A DNA stretch of 64,000 nucleotides from a virus (Duplodnaviria > Caudoviricetes): positions 160,001 through 224,000 of the IMG/VR virus record IMGVR_UViG_3300049182_000044. One strand, given 5' to 3'. The notes under the pieces are model-generated. The model ran no database searches. It was not told the DNA's origin and saw only the letters and a program-made list of their open reading frames with translations. Positions within the stretch are counted from its first letter, which is position 1, and the number at the start of each line of letters is the position of its first letter. Below are positions 7,996-17,916 of the stretch, one piece after another. The position numbers were made by a program, and so were the translations under genes.

Positions 7996-10185
7996 TTATG
8001 CCATTGGTGTAGACCAAGCCGCGTCGTACATCTGATCTTCACGACGCTTCGCTTGTTCAGCTTCCCATTCCATACGCTGCACTTTTTGTGCCATCGTATT
8101 CACGGATGTATCAACCGCCATGTTAATCGAGCCGCGTGGGATCCATCTTGGGATTCGGTCGTTCGACTTAGCCAGCATTGCGCTAGTTAGTGCGCGTGTA
8201 ACTTGCTGCAGCGGTGTTGACAGGTACGAACCGGAGCGAGGTTGTTGATACTGGTTGTTCACCACGTTCATCATGTACTGCGGATTGCCTGTTGTTATCC
8301 TTTGCGGAACCGGCTTGCCTGTGTACGTTGAGAGCGAGGAGTTCCAGATATCAACCGAAGCTGCGGTACATACATTGAGGTTGTCGTGTGCCTGAGCATT
8401 AAGATCAATGAAGCGATCATACGCATCGCCACCACCTGGGTACTGAGAAATGTCTGAGCGATACTCTGGAAGTTGATGCACGATTGGACCCAGCACTTGA
8501 GTCATGTTCATCTGATTGCGCATACCACTCAGAGAGGCCGTGTACGAGTCCATGATACCGCCTGGACGCGACATAAGAGCCTGACGAACGCCTGGGTTCA
8601 TCCCATTGCGCGGGTCAATCACATGACTGCACATACCTTGCAGTTGCGAAGCACAGCCTTGCATTTGCTGAGACATTTGCTGAGAAGCATTTATGTAGTG
8701 CAGCATCGAAGGAATTGCTCCTACGATTTGCGCACCGAGCATACGCTTCAACGAGTCCCTGTTCATACCCATTGCCATGCCAGCGAGTGTTGTCGTGAGC
8801 ATCTGCATTGGAGGTAGCGCAAACTTCACAGCATTGGTCAATGTGGGCAACGTGCCCTTCATCGTACTGAACTGCTGCTCAACTGGAGCCGCAACATTAG
8901 CGTAGTTACGAACAGCAGGCAGCGTGCTCTGAGAAGTGTTGACCGTTGGATTGATCTGACTATCAGGAACCGTAGAGGCTGCTGACTGAGATGGAGATGG
9001 TGAACAGGACAATTCAGTTGCTCCTTTAGTCGGTAGTGAACGGCGAACGATCTCAAAACGTTCTGCATATGAGGAACCGTTCTTAACGAAGATCGTTTTG
9101 GCCACTACGATATAAATATCAGAAATCGTCAAAGGCTCTTTAGGATCTGCGTTTGCCTGACGATACAGAACTGGATCGAGCAGCTCGAGATCGGTTACGT
9201 CACCAGTCAAGATCGAAACGTGCTCAGTGAACAGTGCCATTGTGCGAATGTTCTGGTACTGCGCCTTTTGGTAATTCTTGTGCGTGTTACCGCAGTCCAA
9301 TGGCGTGTACTCAATACGAGCACGATCAACCGTCTTCTTCACCTTCGCATTGATCGGCAAATACTCTGAGCTGGTCTTTACGTCTACCTTGTCGTGAATT
9401 TCATTCTTACCCGCCAGCGTATTCTCAACGCGAGTCGAGCCGTAATTTTGCCAAGTGTTCATCAAGCCGGCGGTCGAACGAGGGCGTGCCTCGGACACAT
9501 AGATCGGCTGAAGATTCTTTTCTTTGATTAGCTCTGTGTCTGTGTTATGCAGGAACACTCGCTTGATCTTGTCGATGGGTGTTTCAACCACATCATTTAG
9601 ATTGCGGTACTTCAGCTGCCCCAACGAAGTGAGCATCGCCACCATAGTAGACTGTTGATCTACGTAGGCATGTCGCGTGATCTCCTGCACAAACATAGCT
9701 CGTGACTTGCACACGTTCCGCCACACTTGTGAGTCGTCTGGGTTCTGGCCGTTGGCTTCTTCGGGGCCACTGTAGCACAGCTTGCATTTGTCAGCCACCT
9801 TCTTCAACACATCACCAGTGTTACCCTTGTACGCTTCACGTACCGATCCAGTGAGGTAGCCGGGTGCATCGTAGATGCCGATCACTTGCATACCTGGACC
9901 ATATCCAGTTGTTACCTGCCTAACACCGAACACACGATACTGGCGGCTAACGCCTTTGATGTCCTCAATGTCTTTGCCGACAGTGATAGTGATCTCATTA
10001 CCATCTGTCAGCGCTAGCTCTTTATTCAAAGCGCCAGCATAGTCGAACAAGACGAGTTCGATGGCAGGTGACAACGCTCCTCCTCCCTCAGTCATGGTGA
10101 TCTTATGCACCAGTCCTGGGGAGAAAGGAACGTCTCTGCCGTCGATCTGCAGCTTGATGAATATACGCCCTTTGATGATAATCAT
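7996..10185 (-). CDS. Baseplate hub (T4 gp27 / gpD-like) with long C-terminal extension
   Basis: 729 aa between gp53-like and gp5-like genes; N-terminal half has hub-like beta pattern; assignment mainly by synteny. Confidence 0.6.
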   Translation of the reverse strand: MIIIKGRIFIKLQIDGRDVPFSPGLVHKITMTEGGGALSPAIELVLFDYAGALNKELALTDGNEITITVGKDIEDIKGVSRQYRVFGVRQVTTGYGPGMQVIGIYDAPGYLTGSVREAYKGNTGDVLKKVADKCKLCYSGPEEANGQNPDDSQVWRNVCKSRAMFVQEITRHAYVDQQSTMVAMLTSLGQLKYRNLNDVVETPIDKIKRVFLHNTDTELIKEKNLQPIYVSEARPRSTAGLMNTWQNYGSTRVENTLAGKNEIHDKVDVKTSSEYLPINAKVKKTVDRARIEYTPLDCGNTHKNYQKAQYQNIRTMALFTEHVSILTGDVTDLELLDPVLYRQANADPKEPLTISDIYIVVAKTIFVKNGSSYAERFEIVRRSLPTKGATELSCSPSPSQSAASTVPDSQINPTVNTSQSTLPAVRNYANVAAPVEQQFSTMKGTLPTLTNAVKFALPPMQMLTTTLAGMAMGMNRDSLKRMLGAQIVGAIPSMLHYINASQQMSQQMQGCASQLQGMCSHVIDPRNGMNPGVRQALMSRPGGIMDSYTASLSGMRNQMNMTQVLGPIVHQLPEYRSDISQYPGGGDAYDRFIDLNAQAHDNLNVCTAASVDIWNSSLSTYTGKPVPQRITTGNPQYMMNVVNNQYQQPRSGSYLSTPLQQVTRALTSAMLAKSNDRIPRWIPRGSINMAVDTSVNTMAQKVQRMEWEAEQAKRREDQMYDAAWSTPMA

Positions 10186-10199
10186 TTCGACTAGCCTTT

Positions 10200-10544
10200 C
10201 TAAATCGTGATAGTGCGCTGTACCCGGCTTGGGCGAATAGCGTTGTCTGTCACGATGGTAATCACTGCTGACATATTAGGAATTTTGATCATCTTGCCTT
10301 CAACGAGATCGCGATAGCTCGAAATCCCATTGTACGCCATGAGGATCCACCAAAACTCGTCCGACCTGTACTCTCGCAATGAGATCAAGTCTGGAGCGCC
10401 ACGTTCATCCTGAGTTACCTCGTGTGGCGTCCAAGTCTTGATCTGGGTAATCAGCGGTACGAGTCTGTCCAGTAGCGGGTCAACTCCGTGAATGTCAGAT
10501 ACGACGGAGAAGAGCCTTTGATACCTTGAGTTCATGTCACCCAT
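10200..10544 (-). CDS. Baseplate wedge gp53-like (LysM-like) protein
   Basis: 114 aa from ATG 10544 (AAGGAG SD); APDLIS..Y....WWILM.YNGI motif. Confidence 0.8.
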   Translation of the reverse strand: MGDMNSRYQRLFSVVSDIHGVDPLLDRLVPLITQIKTWTPHEVTQDERGAPDLISLREYRSDEFWWILMAYNGISSYRDLVEGKMIKIPNMSAVITIVTDNAIRPSRVQRTITI

Positions 10545-10554
10545 GTTCTTCTCC

Positions 10555-11274
10555 TTACATACCCGACATCTTGAACATCGCCTCAATGTCTTCGACAGTG
10601 AAGCACGCGTAGAAGCTCTCTACTTCAATGTTAATTACCATTGACAGCGGAATACCTTTCTCGTCGAACAGGGTCACCACGTCTGAGGAGACTCCGGTGA
10701 TGATAACGTCATCCAAAAGAAGATAGCGGCCAATCATCAACGAAATGCGACGCGATCCTTCCTTGTCTGAAATCATCTTGTCGCCGATGATTGGACCAGG
10801 CTGAACGAGAATGCTTCCGGCTACAGTGCTAGGCGCAGCTAACTGCAACAAGGCTTTGTGGCGTGCTCTGATCTCACGCTCGGAGTTCTCTTTCGCGTAG
10901 AACACAAGGTCGATACTGAAACGCAGCGCCGAAGTGCTCTCCCACACCTGAGCAGACTGATGCTTGAACTTCGTCGATACACCGGCTACCGCTGCAGCAC
11001 CGGATACAGCTGCTTCAGCCATCGGACCGCCGAACTTGTTGGCCGCTTCTGCTACATAGTTTTTCGAGAAAGCTGGTGCCCACGACGAGCTAAAGTTGAT
11101 ATTGAATCGCTCAGGTAGAGCTGCCTTGATCGGGAAGACCCCTTGATTCAATTCAAGAATCTTAGAGTCCCCTCGAACACGCAACTCGACCTGGTAGTAG
11201 TCATGCACTACAGAGCCACCGGGACTTGACCCTGGCGGCTGTGCCGTACCAGCATTGAAGACTAAACCAGCCAT
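10555..11274 (-). CDS. Tail tube initiator / baseplate cap (gp48/gp54-like)
   Basis: 239 aa after tape measure; W.....LRFSIDLVF, I....SDVVTLFD..G.PLS...I.V tube-fold pattern. Confidence 0.55.
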   Translation of the reverse strand: MAGLVFNAGTAQPPGSSPGGSVVHDYYQVELRVRGDSKILELNQGVFPIKAALPERFNINFSSSWAPAFSKNYVAEAANKFGGPMAEAAVSGAAAVAGVSTKFKHQSAQVWESTSALRFSIDLVFYAKENSEREIRARHKALLQLAAPSTVAGSILVQPGPIIGDKMISDKEGSRRISLMIGRYLLLDDVIITGVSSDVVTLFDEKGIPLSMVINIEVESFYACFTVEDIEAMFKMSGM

Positions 11275-11285
11275 ACTACCTCCAA

Positions 11286-14153
11286 TTAGACATGCCCGAT
11301 GTTAAGCAGGACAAGTCCTAGATCGTTAATGTACATCGGCACTTCAGCCAGGGTAGGTTCACTCGAACCCCCGCCTTGACCGCTAGGTGCTGCTGCAGTC
11401 TGTTGAGCAGGAGGTGGAGCGTTCTCTACCGCTGCGATGCGCGCTGTCGATTGAGGCTCTGAAGGCGTTTGCGGGTTGACCATCGGCAATTGAGAAGGGC
11501 GAGCTTCGGCGACCGCTACATGGCCGACTTTAACATCGGAAGCCATCGGCGTCGTTGGGCTTGCAACCTGCTGAGGACGGGAAGCGGTAGGCGTAACACT
11601 GTTCAATTGCGCAGTGCGTGCTTCGTCGATCTTCCCTTCCTTCAATGCAACTGTCTTGCCGTTGACAGCACCTACTGCCTTTGCCTTCTTCTCCAGAGCC
11701 TCATCCTGAGCTGCAAGACGATCGTACTCTTTCTCTGCCCAAGTCTTAGGCTTGTCATCAGCCTTCATTGCAACCTTCGTACCTTCAGGAGGCGTCTCAC
11801 CAGACTTGTAGCCCTTCTGAGCGAGCTGAGTATCCGTCGGCGTATAACCCTTCGCTTTAGCATCATCAACCTTAGCGGCCAACGTAGTCATCGACTGTGC
11901 AGCACCCTTAGCATAGTCAGACACCTTCGTGCCGTTAGCATCTGTCGAGTCCTTGCCTTTGAGGAAGTAATCGTTTGCACCACCAGTGCCTTTCAAGTGA
12001 GCGGCCTTGGCATACGCAGCGATATCAGCAGGAGTTGAATTGGCAGTCAGTGCGCCGCTCTTGTAGCCAGCTTCGATGTTCGCATTCGTGTACTTAACGA
12101 ATGTGTCATCTTGCAGCTGCTTGTTCTTCAAGAACTCCTCACGCCCACCTTCATTCTTCCAGTTCTTGTTGTCGGCCATGAATTTTTCATGACCTCCATC
12201 CTTGTACCAGCTCTTACCCTGCTTCTTGTAGTCAGCCTTAGCTGCTGCAAGACGTTCCTTGTCGATAACTCCTTGGTCTGCCAGTGCATCTGCACCGAAC
12301 TGATACTGACCCGCGAAGCCGTACTGATTGACGATACCGAGCTTACCACCGCTCTCAGTCTTCATCACGTTACCAGCATAAGCCTTCGTTTCAGAGTCGG
12401 ACATACCTTTGAGGCCAGTCTTTGCAGAGAAGCCCATTGCAAGATCAAGAGAAGAAGCACTACCCTTCTTCATGTCGTATGCAACGGAGGAGCCTGCGTT
12501 CGCAACACCTTCTTTCAACGCACCACCGGCTTGGGCGAAGCCCTGTCCAACTTTGGTTGCTGTACCAGGAACGGATTTCAAAGCACCTGCAACACCTTCC
12601 TTCTGATAGCCTTCTTTAACTTGTGCTGCAGCGTTCTTGATACCGCCCCAAACAGCTGCGCCTGCATTGCGAATACCGTCTCCAAGTTTGCCACCAGCGT
12701 TCTCCACCATATCAGTGAAGTCGGTGATCTTCTCACCTAGTGCGCTGAAGGTTCCGGCTAAGGACGGGAGGATATTGTTCTGCCACTCGTTGACGAATGC
12801 ATTACGCGCATCTTCACTGAAAGGCGTCATTGCAGTAACAGCTGCGAAGCCCAACACCTTTGCGAAGCGGCTTTGTTTAACAGCGTCGGCCGCACTTGAG
12901 ACCGCATCAGAGGTACGGCTAACTATACCGTCCTTCTCATGCAGTTCTTTGTAGATATCAACGTTGTCTGCAACCTTACGGCCAAGCCATGCTGCTCCAT
13001 CTGCAACGTGACCACCTAGTGAGGCTCCGTATGCTGCACCTGCGCCACCGCCTAATACGCCGCCTATCACACCACCCGCACCTTGAATCGCCAAGTGAGC
13101 TGCTGAAGCTGCCTTAGTAGCGCCATCACTCGTGCTGTCCATCAAAGTGCCTACGTGAGGAGCCGCATTGTACGCCGCGTCAGCACCTGCAGCCCATGGA
13201 GCAATACGACCAAGTACCGACACACCGGGAATTCGGCCAACTACTTCAGCAGCTTTACCTAGTGCCTGCCCACCAGTCCTAAGCAGGCCTCCATTGTTAC
13301 TCACTCGACCCGCTACGTTTGTGGCGCCTTCAGCTACGGTGGTCATCGCCGAACGACCGAAGCCACGAGTTGCGTTCCAACCAGCCCTAATCTTTCCGCC
13401 GCGCGTAGTAGGAACACGGCTGCGTCCACGGCCTCGACCACCGCGGCGACGACGGCCACGTCCGCGATCACGATCATAGTCGTAATCAATATCGGGGTCA
13501 TCACCGTAGTCAATCGGGTCGAAGATATCAATTGCCTTATCGAGGATGCCGCCCTTTCCTTGGCGGCGACGCTGACGGCGCTTCTTGTCCAGCATACGAC
13601 CGAGAATGCTAGGCTTGTCGCTTCCAGAAGACTTGGATGAAGTGTCCTTCATATCCTTGCGCATCTTCTCGATAGCATCAACTATCGCCTTGCTCTGATC
13701 CTTGAAGATCGTATGCATACGGCTCAAGCCTTCATTGATCTGGCCATTGCCCTGCTTTTGAATCTTCAATTGAGCATCCGTAGCGCGCTGCTGCTTGCCT
13801 TCGTCTTTTGCCTTCTCACGACGCTGCTCTGCCCTTTGTGCGGTCTCTTTCGATTGCGCTTGCTTCTGCTGAAAACTCGCTAACTCTTTTGCAGCACGAG
13901 CCTCAACGCTAGCACGTTCCTTCGTGGCACGTCCTTCGATCTTAGCGCGTTGAGCATCCAGCTGACGCATCAATTCAGTTTGCTTCTTTGGGGAAGTTAC
14001 AGGCGCAGAAAGCGCCCCTGAGGACGCTCCCTGGTGCTTCTGCAAAGATGCGGATAGGCGCTTGACGTAGTTCTCAGGCTTGTTTTCGCGTTCTTGACGT
14101 AATTCTTCGGATCGTTCCCTGCGCTTTTCAAGAAACGTTTTCTCCCTAGCCAT
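11286..14153 (-). CDS. Tape measure protein with lytic transglycosylase/lysozyme-like domain
   Basis: 955 aa, coiled N-terminus, Gly/Ala-rich middle, VMKTESGG...FAGQYQFG catalytic-type motif; follows tail chaperone. Confidence 0.75.
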   Translation of the reverse strand: MAREKTFLEKRRERSEELRQERENKPENYVKRLSASLQKHQGASSGALSAPVTSPKKQTELMRQLDAQRAKIEGRATKERASVEARAAKELASFQQKQAQSKETAQRAEQRREKAKDEGKQQRATDAQLKIQKQGNGQINEGLSRMHTIFKDQSKAIVDAIEKMRKDMKDTSSKSSGSDKPSILGRMLDKKRRQRRRQGKGGILDKAIDIFDPIDYGDDPDIDYDYDRDRGRGRRRRGGRGRGRSRVPTTRGGKIRAGWNATRGFGRSAMTTVAEGATNVAGRVSNNGGLLRTGGQALGKAAEVVGRIPGVSVLGRIAPWAAGADAAYNAAPHVGTLMDSTSDGATKAASAAHLAIQGAGGVIGGVLGGGAGAAYGASLGGHVADGAAWLGRKVADNVDIYKELHEKDGIVSRTSDAVSSAADAVKQSRFAKVLGFAAVTAMTPFSEDARNAFVNEWQNNILPSLAGTFSALGEKITDFTDMVENAGGKLGDGIRNAGAAVWGGIKNAAAQVKEGYQKEGVAGALKSVPGTATKVGQGFAQAGGALKEGVANAGSSVAYDMKKGSASSLDLAMGFSAKTGLKGMSDSETKAYAGNVMKTESGGKLGIVNQYGFAGQYQFGADALADQGVIDKERLAAAKADYKKQGKSWYKDGGHEKFMADNKNWKNEGGREEFLKNKQLQDDTFVKYTNANIEAGYKSGALTANSTPADIAAYAKAAHLKGTGGANDYFLKGKDSTDANGTKVSDYAKGAAQSMTTLAAKVDDAKAKGYTPTDTQLAQKGYKSGETPPEGTKVAMKADDKPKTWAEKEYDRLAAQDEALEKKAKAVGAVNGKTVALKEGKIDEARTAQLNSVTPTASRPQQVASPTTPMASDVKVGHVAVAEARPSQLPMVNPQTPSEPQSTARIAAVENAPPPAQQTAAAPSGQGGGSSEPTLAEVPMYINDLGLVLLNIGHV

Positions 14154-14211
14154 GTCATTGCTCCAATTCTGTAAGTACCTTCGCCATTAAATTCCGGATA
14201 GCGTACTCTGT

Positions 14212-14403
14212 CTATCGTGATCCCGCCCGAGTGGGTTTGGCCGCAGCTGCTCTTGCGGCCAGTTCTTCCCGTTCCTTCTTATACTTCGAGTAGGAATACA
14301 ACAGGGTTTTACTAGGCATGTCATCGTTTGGCTGCATGTTGCGAAATTGCGCCAGCTCATTCTGCATGTCTAGTATGGCCTGTTCGGAATTTATCGGAAA
14401 AAA
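14212..14403 (-). CDS. -1 frame extension of tail assembly chaperone (G/GT-like), 61 aa
   Basis: Open -1 frame entered at slippery T TTT TTC (14397-14403); no SD for an independent start. Confidence 0.6.
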   Translation of the reverse strand, partial: FFPINSEQAILDMQNELAQFRNMQPNDDMPSKTLLYSYSKYKKEREELAARAAAAKPTRAGSR

Positions 14404-15227
14404 CTTAACGCGTCGATCTTCAGCGTGTGCGGAACGTTCTTGCGGCACCGGCGGCATGTGAGCTTAGTGGTCTCAACGATACCGTGAATCACCAGCTCGT
14501 TGATCGCAGCTGCATCGTCGAAGATCTGGCAGTCTTGCTGCTCTTCGAGGAATGCAATCTTGTCAACCAAAGTTTCGCACTTGACCGGCTGGCCGTTCTT
14601 CATGATCTCGTTGGTGGACGAAATCCATTGCGCAGCACCGATAATCAGTTGCAACTCCGGATTGGCCTTCGCTTCTTCGAGTTCACCGAGGATAGCCACA
14701 CGCGGGAAATCAAACAGCGTGCTGCCCTCTTCGTTGATGCCCTCAAAGTCATCCTCAATACACAGGATGTCCACATCGGTCATGTGAATGATTTCGCTGT
14801 TGTGGGTCTTGCAGACCTCAACGTCGTATGCGTCTTCATCCTCTTCGGCAGGCTCTTCAAACGTTTCATCGTTGAAGATCAGCGCCTTTGTCTCTTTGTG
14901 GATCAAGACCGGCGAATGGCAGTGCCACTCAATTATGTAGGGCGTCTTGGGCATCGAGTGAATGCGCAACCACATCAGGATGTAGTAGAAATCGCCAATG
15001 GTCAGCGAGTAAGCGTCTTCGGTCATCACCAGGTCAACAGCACGAATCAAGTGGCTGTAGTCTTTGAGCATGGCAGCCTTAGAGATCAGGCGCAGCTCTT
15101 TGACCGTAAATGGGCGAACGTAGAGTTTCTTGTATTCATACGGGAAAAAGTTCGACGGCAGATTGCCAATGTCTTGATAACGTCCATCGGTCAATACAGC
15201 ACGGAGTCCAGCTTCATCGTATTTCAT
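14391..15227 (-). CDS. Tail assembly chaperone / baseplate hub assembly protein (T4 gp26-like)
   Basis: 278 aa; LPSN.FPY...VRPFTVKE, LTIGDF.YI..WLRI.S, C-terminal CxxC; immediately upstream of tape measure. Confidence 0.75.
   Translation of the reverse strand: MKYDEAGLRAVLTDGRYQDIGNLPSNFFPYEYKKLYVRPFTVKELRLISKAAMLKDYSHLIRAVDLVMTEDAYSLTIGDFYYILMWLRIHSMPKTPYIIEWHCHSPVLIHKETKALIFNDETFEEPAEEDEDAYDVEVCKTHNSEIIHMTDVDILCIEDDFEGINEEGSTLFDFPRVAILGELEEAKANPELQLIIGAAQWISSTNEIMKNGQPVKCETLVDKIAFLEEQQDCQIFDDAAAINELVIHGIVETTKLTCRRCRKNVPHTLKIDALSFFR
14397..14403 (-). other. Putative programmed -1 ribosomal frameshift heptamer TTTTTTC
   Basis: X XXY YYZ in correct phase (AGT TTT TTC CGA TAA), one codon before the stop. 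Confidence 0.6.
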
Positions 15228-15242
15228 TTTGCGCTTCGCTTT

Positions 15243-15743
15243 CTATCGGTGGAATTCGATTTTTTGATCGTCAACTGAGAACGTCTGGGACACCGTAAGA
15301 CGACCATTATCGGTGTAGTTCAAACTCCAGTTACCTGTCTCCGCAGGCCAACACCGAATCAATGTCACAGTCATAATCGGATTGTTCTGCGAATCGAGCA
15401 ACTGAACTTTAATGTCTTTCTTGTAGTGCGAGGGCAGCCTGTACAAGCCTGTCTCGAAATTCTTAACTTCGTTCTTCCAGCCGTCGATCCATTTTACGCA
15501 CGAGGCTTTATCGTCCTCATAGAACGTCATTTGAAACGACGAGATGTCGTGCGGGCCAGGGAAGAAGTCGTACTTGCTTCCCTGGTACACACCCTCACCT
15601 ATGCGGATATTTCTCCACGGTAGGTCCACACCTTCGACAAAGTTACCGGGTAATCCAAATGGCAAGTCCTCCGGGCACACCCATTTGAAGCTAAGCAGTG
15701 GATCGCTGCGTTTAAGGAGATCCTTGATTTGAGTATTTGCCAT
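15243..15743 (-). CDS. Tail tube-like protein 2
   Basis: 166 aa, paralogous pattern to upstream tube (DPLL..., I.MTFYED, Y..D..VQL.D, WP.E). Confidence 0.65.
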   Translation of the reverse strand: MANTQIKDLLKRSDPLLSFKWVCPEDLPFGLPGNFVEGVDLPWRNIRIGEGVYQGSKYDFFPGPHDISSFQMTFYEDDKASCVKWIDGWKNEVKNFETGLYRLPSHYKKDIKVQLLDSQNNPIMTVTLIRCWPAETGNWSLNYTDNGRLTVSQTFSVDDQKIEFHR

Positions 15744-15762
15744 CTGAATTTACCCCGAACTA

Positions 15763-16284
15763 TTAGTTGTCTTGACCCTTCAGCGTGTAGTGGTCGAACT
15801 TGAACGTGACGCTGAGAGTAATGAGCGAGGAGCTCGTACCGTTGAAATTGATGTCCGGCACAACCGACGGCCACATATTGTGGATTTCGTACTCACGAAC
15901 AATCGTACCCTTGTTGTCGAAGATCGTGAAGTAGCCGTTACGAGCGTACTCAGCTTTGTACGCGCCGTGCTGGCTCTGGGTCGAGCGGCAGAAGTTGCCC
16001 CATTGTTCCAGCGTAGTCGTGATCTGAGCAGAACGATTCTCAACGTACTCAACCGTCATGTCGTGGTTGAACGTCTTGTTCGATGCGTACTCGAGCGTAT
16101 GACCGAACACCTGAACTTCAACGGCGTTGATGGTCATACCTGGCTTGACAGCGGACTGGCACTGAACGCGCAGCGGTTGCGGGTTACCACCGCCCGGAAC
16201 GTTAGGGATGTCCAGCAAGAAGTTATCCGACAGCATCGGATCGAGAACGCTTGCAGCGACGTCTCCCAGTGTTGGCTTGGGCAT
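15763..16284 (-). CDS. Major tail tube protein (T4 gp19-like)
   Basis: 173 aa after sheath; CQSAVKPG, MTVEYVE, Y.....WPS.VPDI.F, LSVTFKFD. Confidence 0.85.
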   Translation of the reverse strand: MPKPTLGDVAASVLDPMLSDNFLLDIPNVPGGGNPQPLRVQCQSAVKPGMTINAVEVQVFGHTLEYASNKTFNHDMTVEYVENRSAQITTTLEQWGNFCRSTQSQHGAYKAEYARNGYFTIFDNKGTIVREYEIHNMWPSVVPDINFNGTSSSLITLSVTFKFDHYTLKGQDN

Positions 16285-16307
16285 ATTACACCTCCAATAA
16301 AAATTGA

Positions 16308-17873
16308 TTAGTTACTGTTACCGGCCACGAAGCGTGCGCCAGTTTTCTGAATGATTGCGGTCAGATGGATACGCTTCGCCGGCAGTACCGGATCAATGTA
16401 CACATCCATAATCAAGTCGCCATTGGCGATGGTCTCGGGCAGGTTGTTCGACGAATCGCAGATCACACCGAACGAGTACATACCACGCGCGTCCTTGATA
16501 GGCTTGAGGAAGCGAGTAGCGAGCTCCGTGAGCTGTGCTTGCAAGACCGGGTCATTCGGATCGAAGACCGAGTACAGTGCAGCGCGCGACAAGCTCTTTT
16601 CGAGGAACATCATCAGGCGGCGTACTGATACATTCGACAAGGCGGAAGCCATAGTCTGCAAAGTATCTGCACCCCAAATCTTGATGCCTGCACCTTGGAT
16701 CACGCGAGTCGGATTGACCTGATTGTCAACCAGCATGTCACGATCACCTTGATTGTAGACGTGGCGTACACCCAGGACATTCAAGCGACCACGATTCATA
16801 CCTGCAGGAGCAAACCACAGCTCGAACTCCTCGTCGGTACGTGCGTATGCACCAGCGATGTGACCACTCGGCGGAACGTACAAGCGAAGATCGTTGTACT
16901 CGTCGAGGATCAGATAGTCAGGAGCGTACAGAGCTGCATAGGACGAATCAGCCATCAACGTGTTACGACGGTACGCAATGGCGTCCGATACCTTCTGGCT
17001 GAGTGCCGGGGTGTCGAGGATTGCGATACAGTCCATGCGGTCTTCGCAGATCGCTGTCATCTTGCGCTGAATTGCCGGAACAGTGTAACCACCGTTAATC
17101 AGCATGTTCACGTCGATGTGCTCTGGATCGGCATACAGATCCCAGGCGTTAGCGATATCTGAATGCGTTGCCTTTGTGCCGTTCGTGCCGCCTGCGAGGG
17201 AGACCACATTCAGCGCATTGACAAACTGGTGCTTCGGGTTGGCCATAAGACCAGAGTGTTCGTAGTTCTGCTTGATGCGGATCAGCGACGAACGCTTGTT
17301 GATATGCTCTTCGATGTTCAGCTGCACACCGTACCCGTCAACCTTGAAGTCCAGGTGAACGAGGAACGATTCGAGCGCACGGTTGATACCGTTCTGGTAC
17401 ACATCAACGTAGAACGTACCGTCAGCGACCTTGGTGTTCGGGTAGATGTAAACCTTCAAGTCAGAAGTCCATGTGCCTTGGTTTGCACCGTAGACAACGA
17501 ACAGCTCTTCCGGCTTGAACTCGTAAATCGTAGGGTCTGTCATACCCGCGGTGAACGAATCGGACTTGTTCAGCGAGTTCTCAATCGAAACGATTGCGCC
17601 ACCATACAGAGCGTTCGGTGCAACACGAGTCACATACAGGCGGTTACCATGCTCGAGGAATGCAAGAGCGCAGTAGTGCATGAATGACAGTGCCGCATTC
17701 GGCTTACCGAAGGTAGCGAGGAATTGCTTTGTGCTGGTAATGAGAGTACGCTCACCTACTGGCCCTTTCGCACTCTCACCGACGATTGCAGCGATAGAAG
17801 AAGAGGCAGCGGCAACACGCTGGGAAAGGTCAATCTCCCGGACGTAAACTCCAGCGGAGGAATGATTTGCCAT
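16308..17873 (-). CDS. Tail sheath protein (T4 gp18-like)
   Basis: 521 aa; SAGVYVREIDLS, KGPV, WFAPAGMNRG, GIKIWGADT, NVSVRRL motifs. Confidence 0.95.
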   Translation of the reverse strand: MANHSSAGVYVREIDLSQRVAAASSSIAAIVGESAKGPVGERTLITSTKQFLATFGKPNAALSFMHYCALAFLEHGNRLYVTRVAPNALYGGAIVSIENSLNKSDSFTAGMTDPTIYEFKPEELFVVYGANQGTWTSDLKVYIYPNTKVADGTFYVDVYQNGINRALESFLVHLDFKVDGYGVQLNIEEHINKRSSLIRIKQNYEHSGLMANPKHQFVNALNVVSLAGGTNGTKATHSDIANAWDLYADPEHIDVNMLINGGYTVPAIQRKMTAICEDRMDCIAILDTPALSQKVSDAIAYRRNTLMADSSYAALYAPDYLILDEYNDLRLYVPPSGHIAGAYARTDEEFELWFAPAGMNRGRLNVLGVRHVYNQGDRDMLVDNQVNPTRVIQGAGIKIWGADTLQTMASALSNVSVRRLMMFLEKSLSRAALYSVFDPNDPVLQAQLTELATRFLKPIKDARGMYSFGVICDSSNNLPETIANGDLIMDVYIDPVLPAKRIHLTAIIQKTGARFVAGNSN

Positions 17874-17901
17874 GTTTGCTCCTAAAAAGTTCTACTACGT
17901 T

Positions 17902-17911
17902 AAATTACGAT
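17902..17911 (-). promoter_or_regulatory. Putative late promoter motif ATCGTAATTT (copy 2) upstream of sheath
   Basis: Exact repeat of motif, intergenic. Confidence 0.55.
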
Positions 17912-17916
17912 TTACG

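Noticed and set aside
14155-14187. Mini-ORF MAKVLTELEQ upstream of tape measure
   Set aside because: No SD; it overlaps the tape-measure SD and is probably chance
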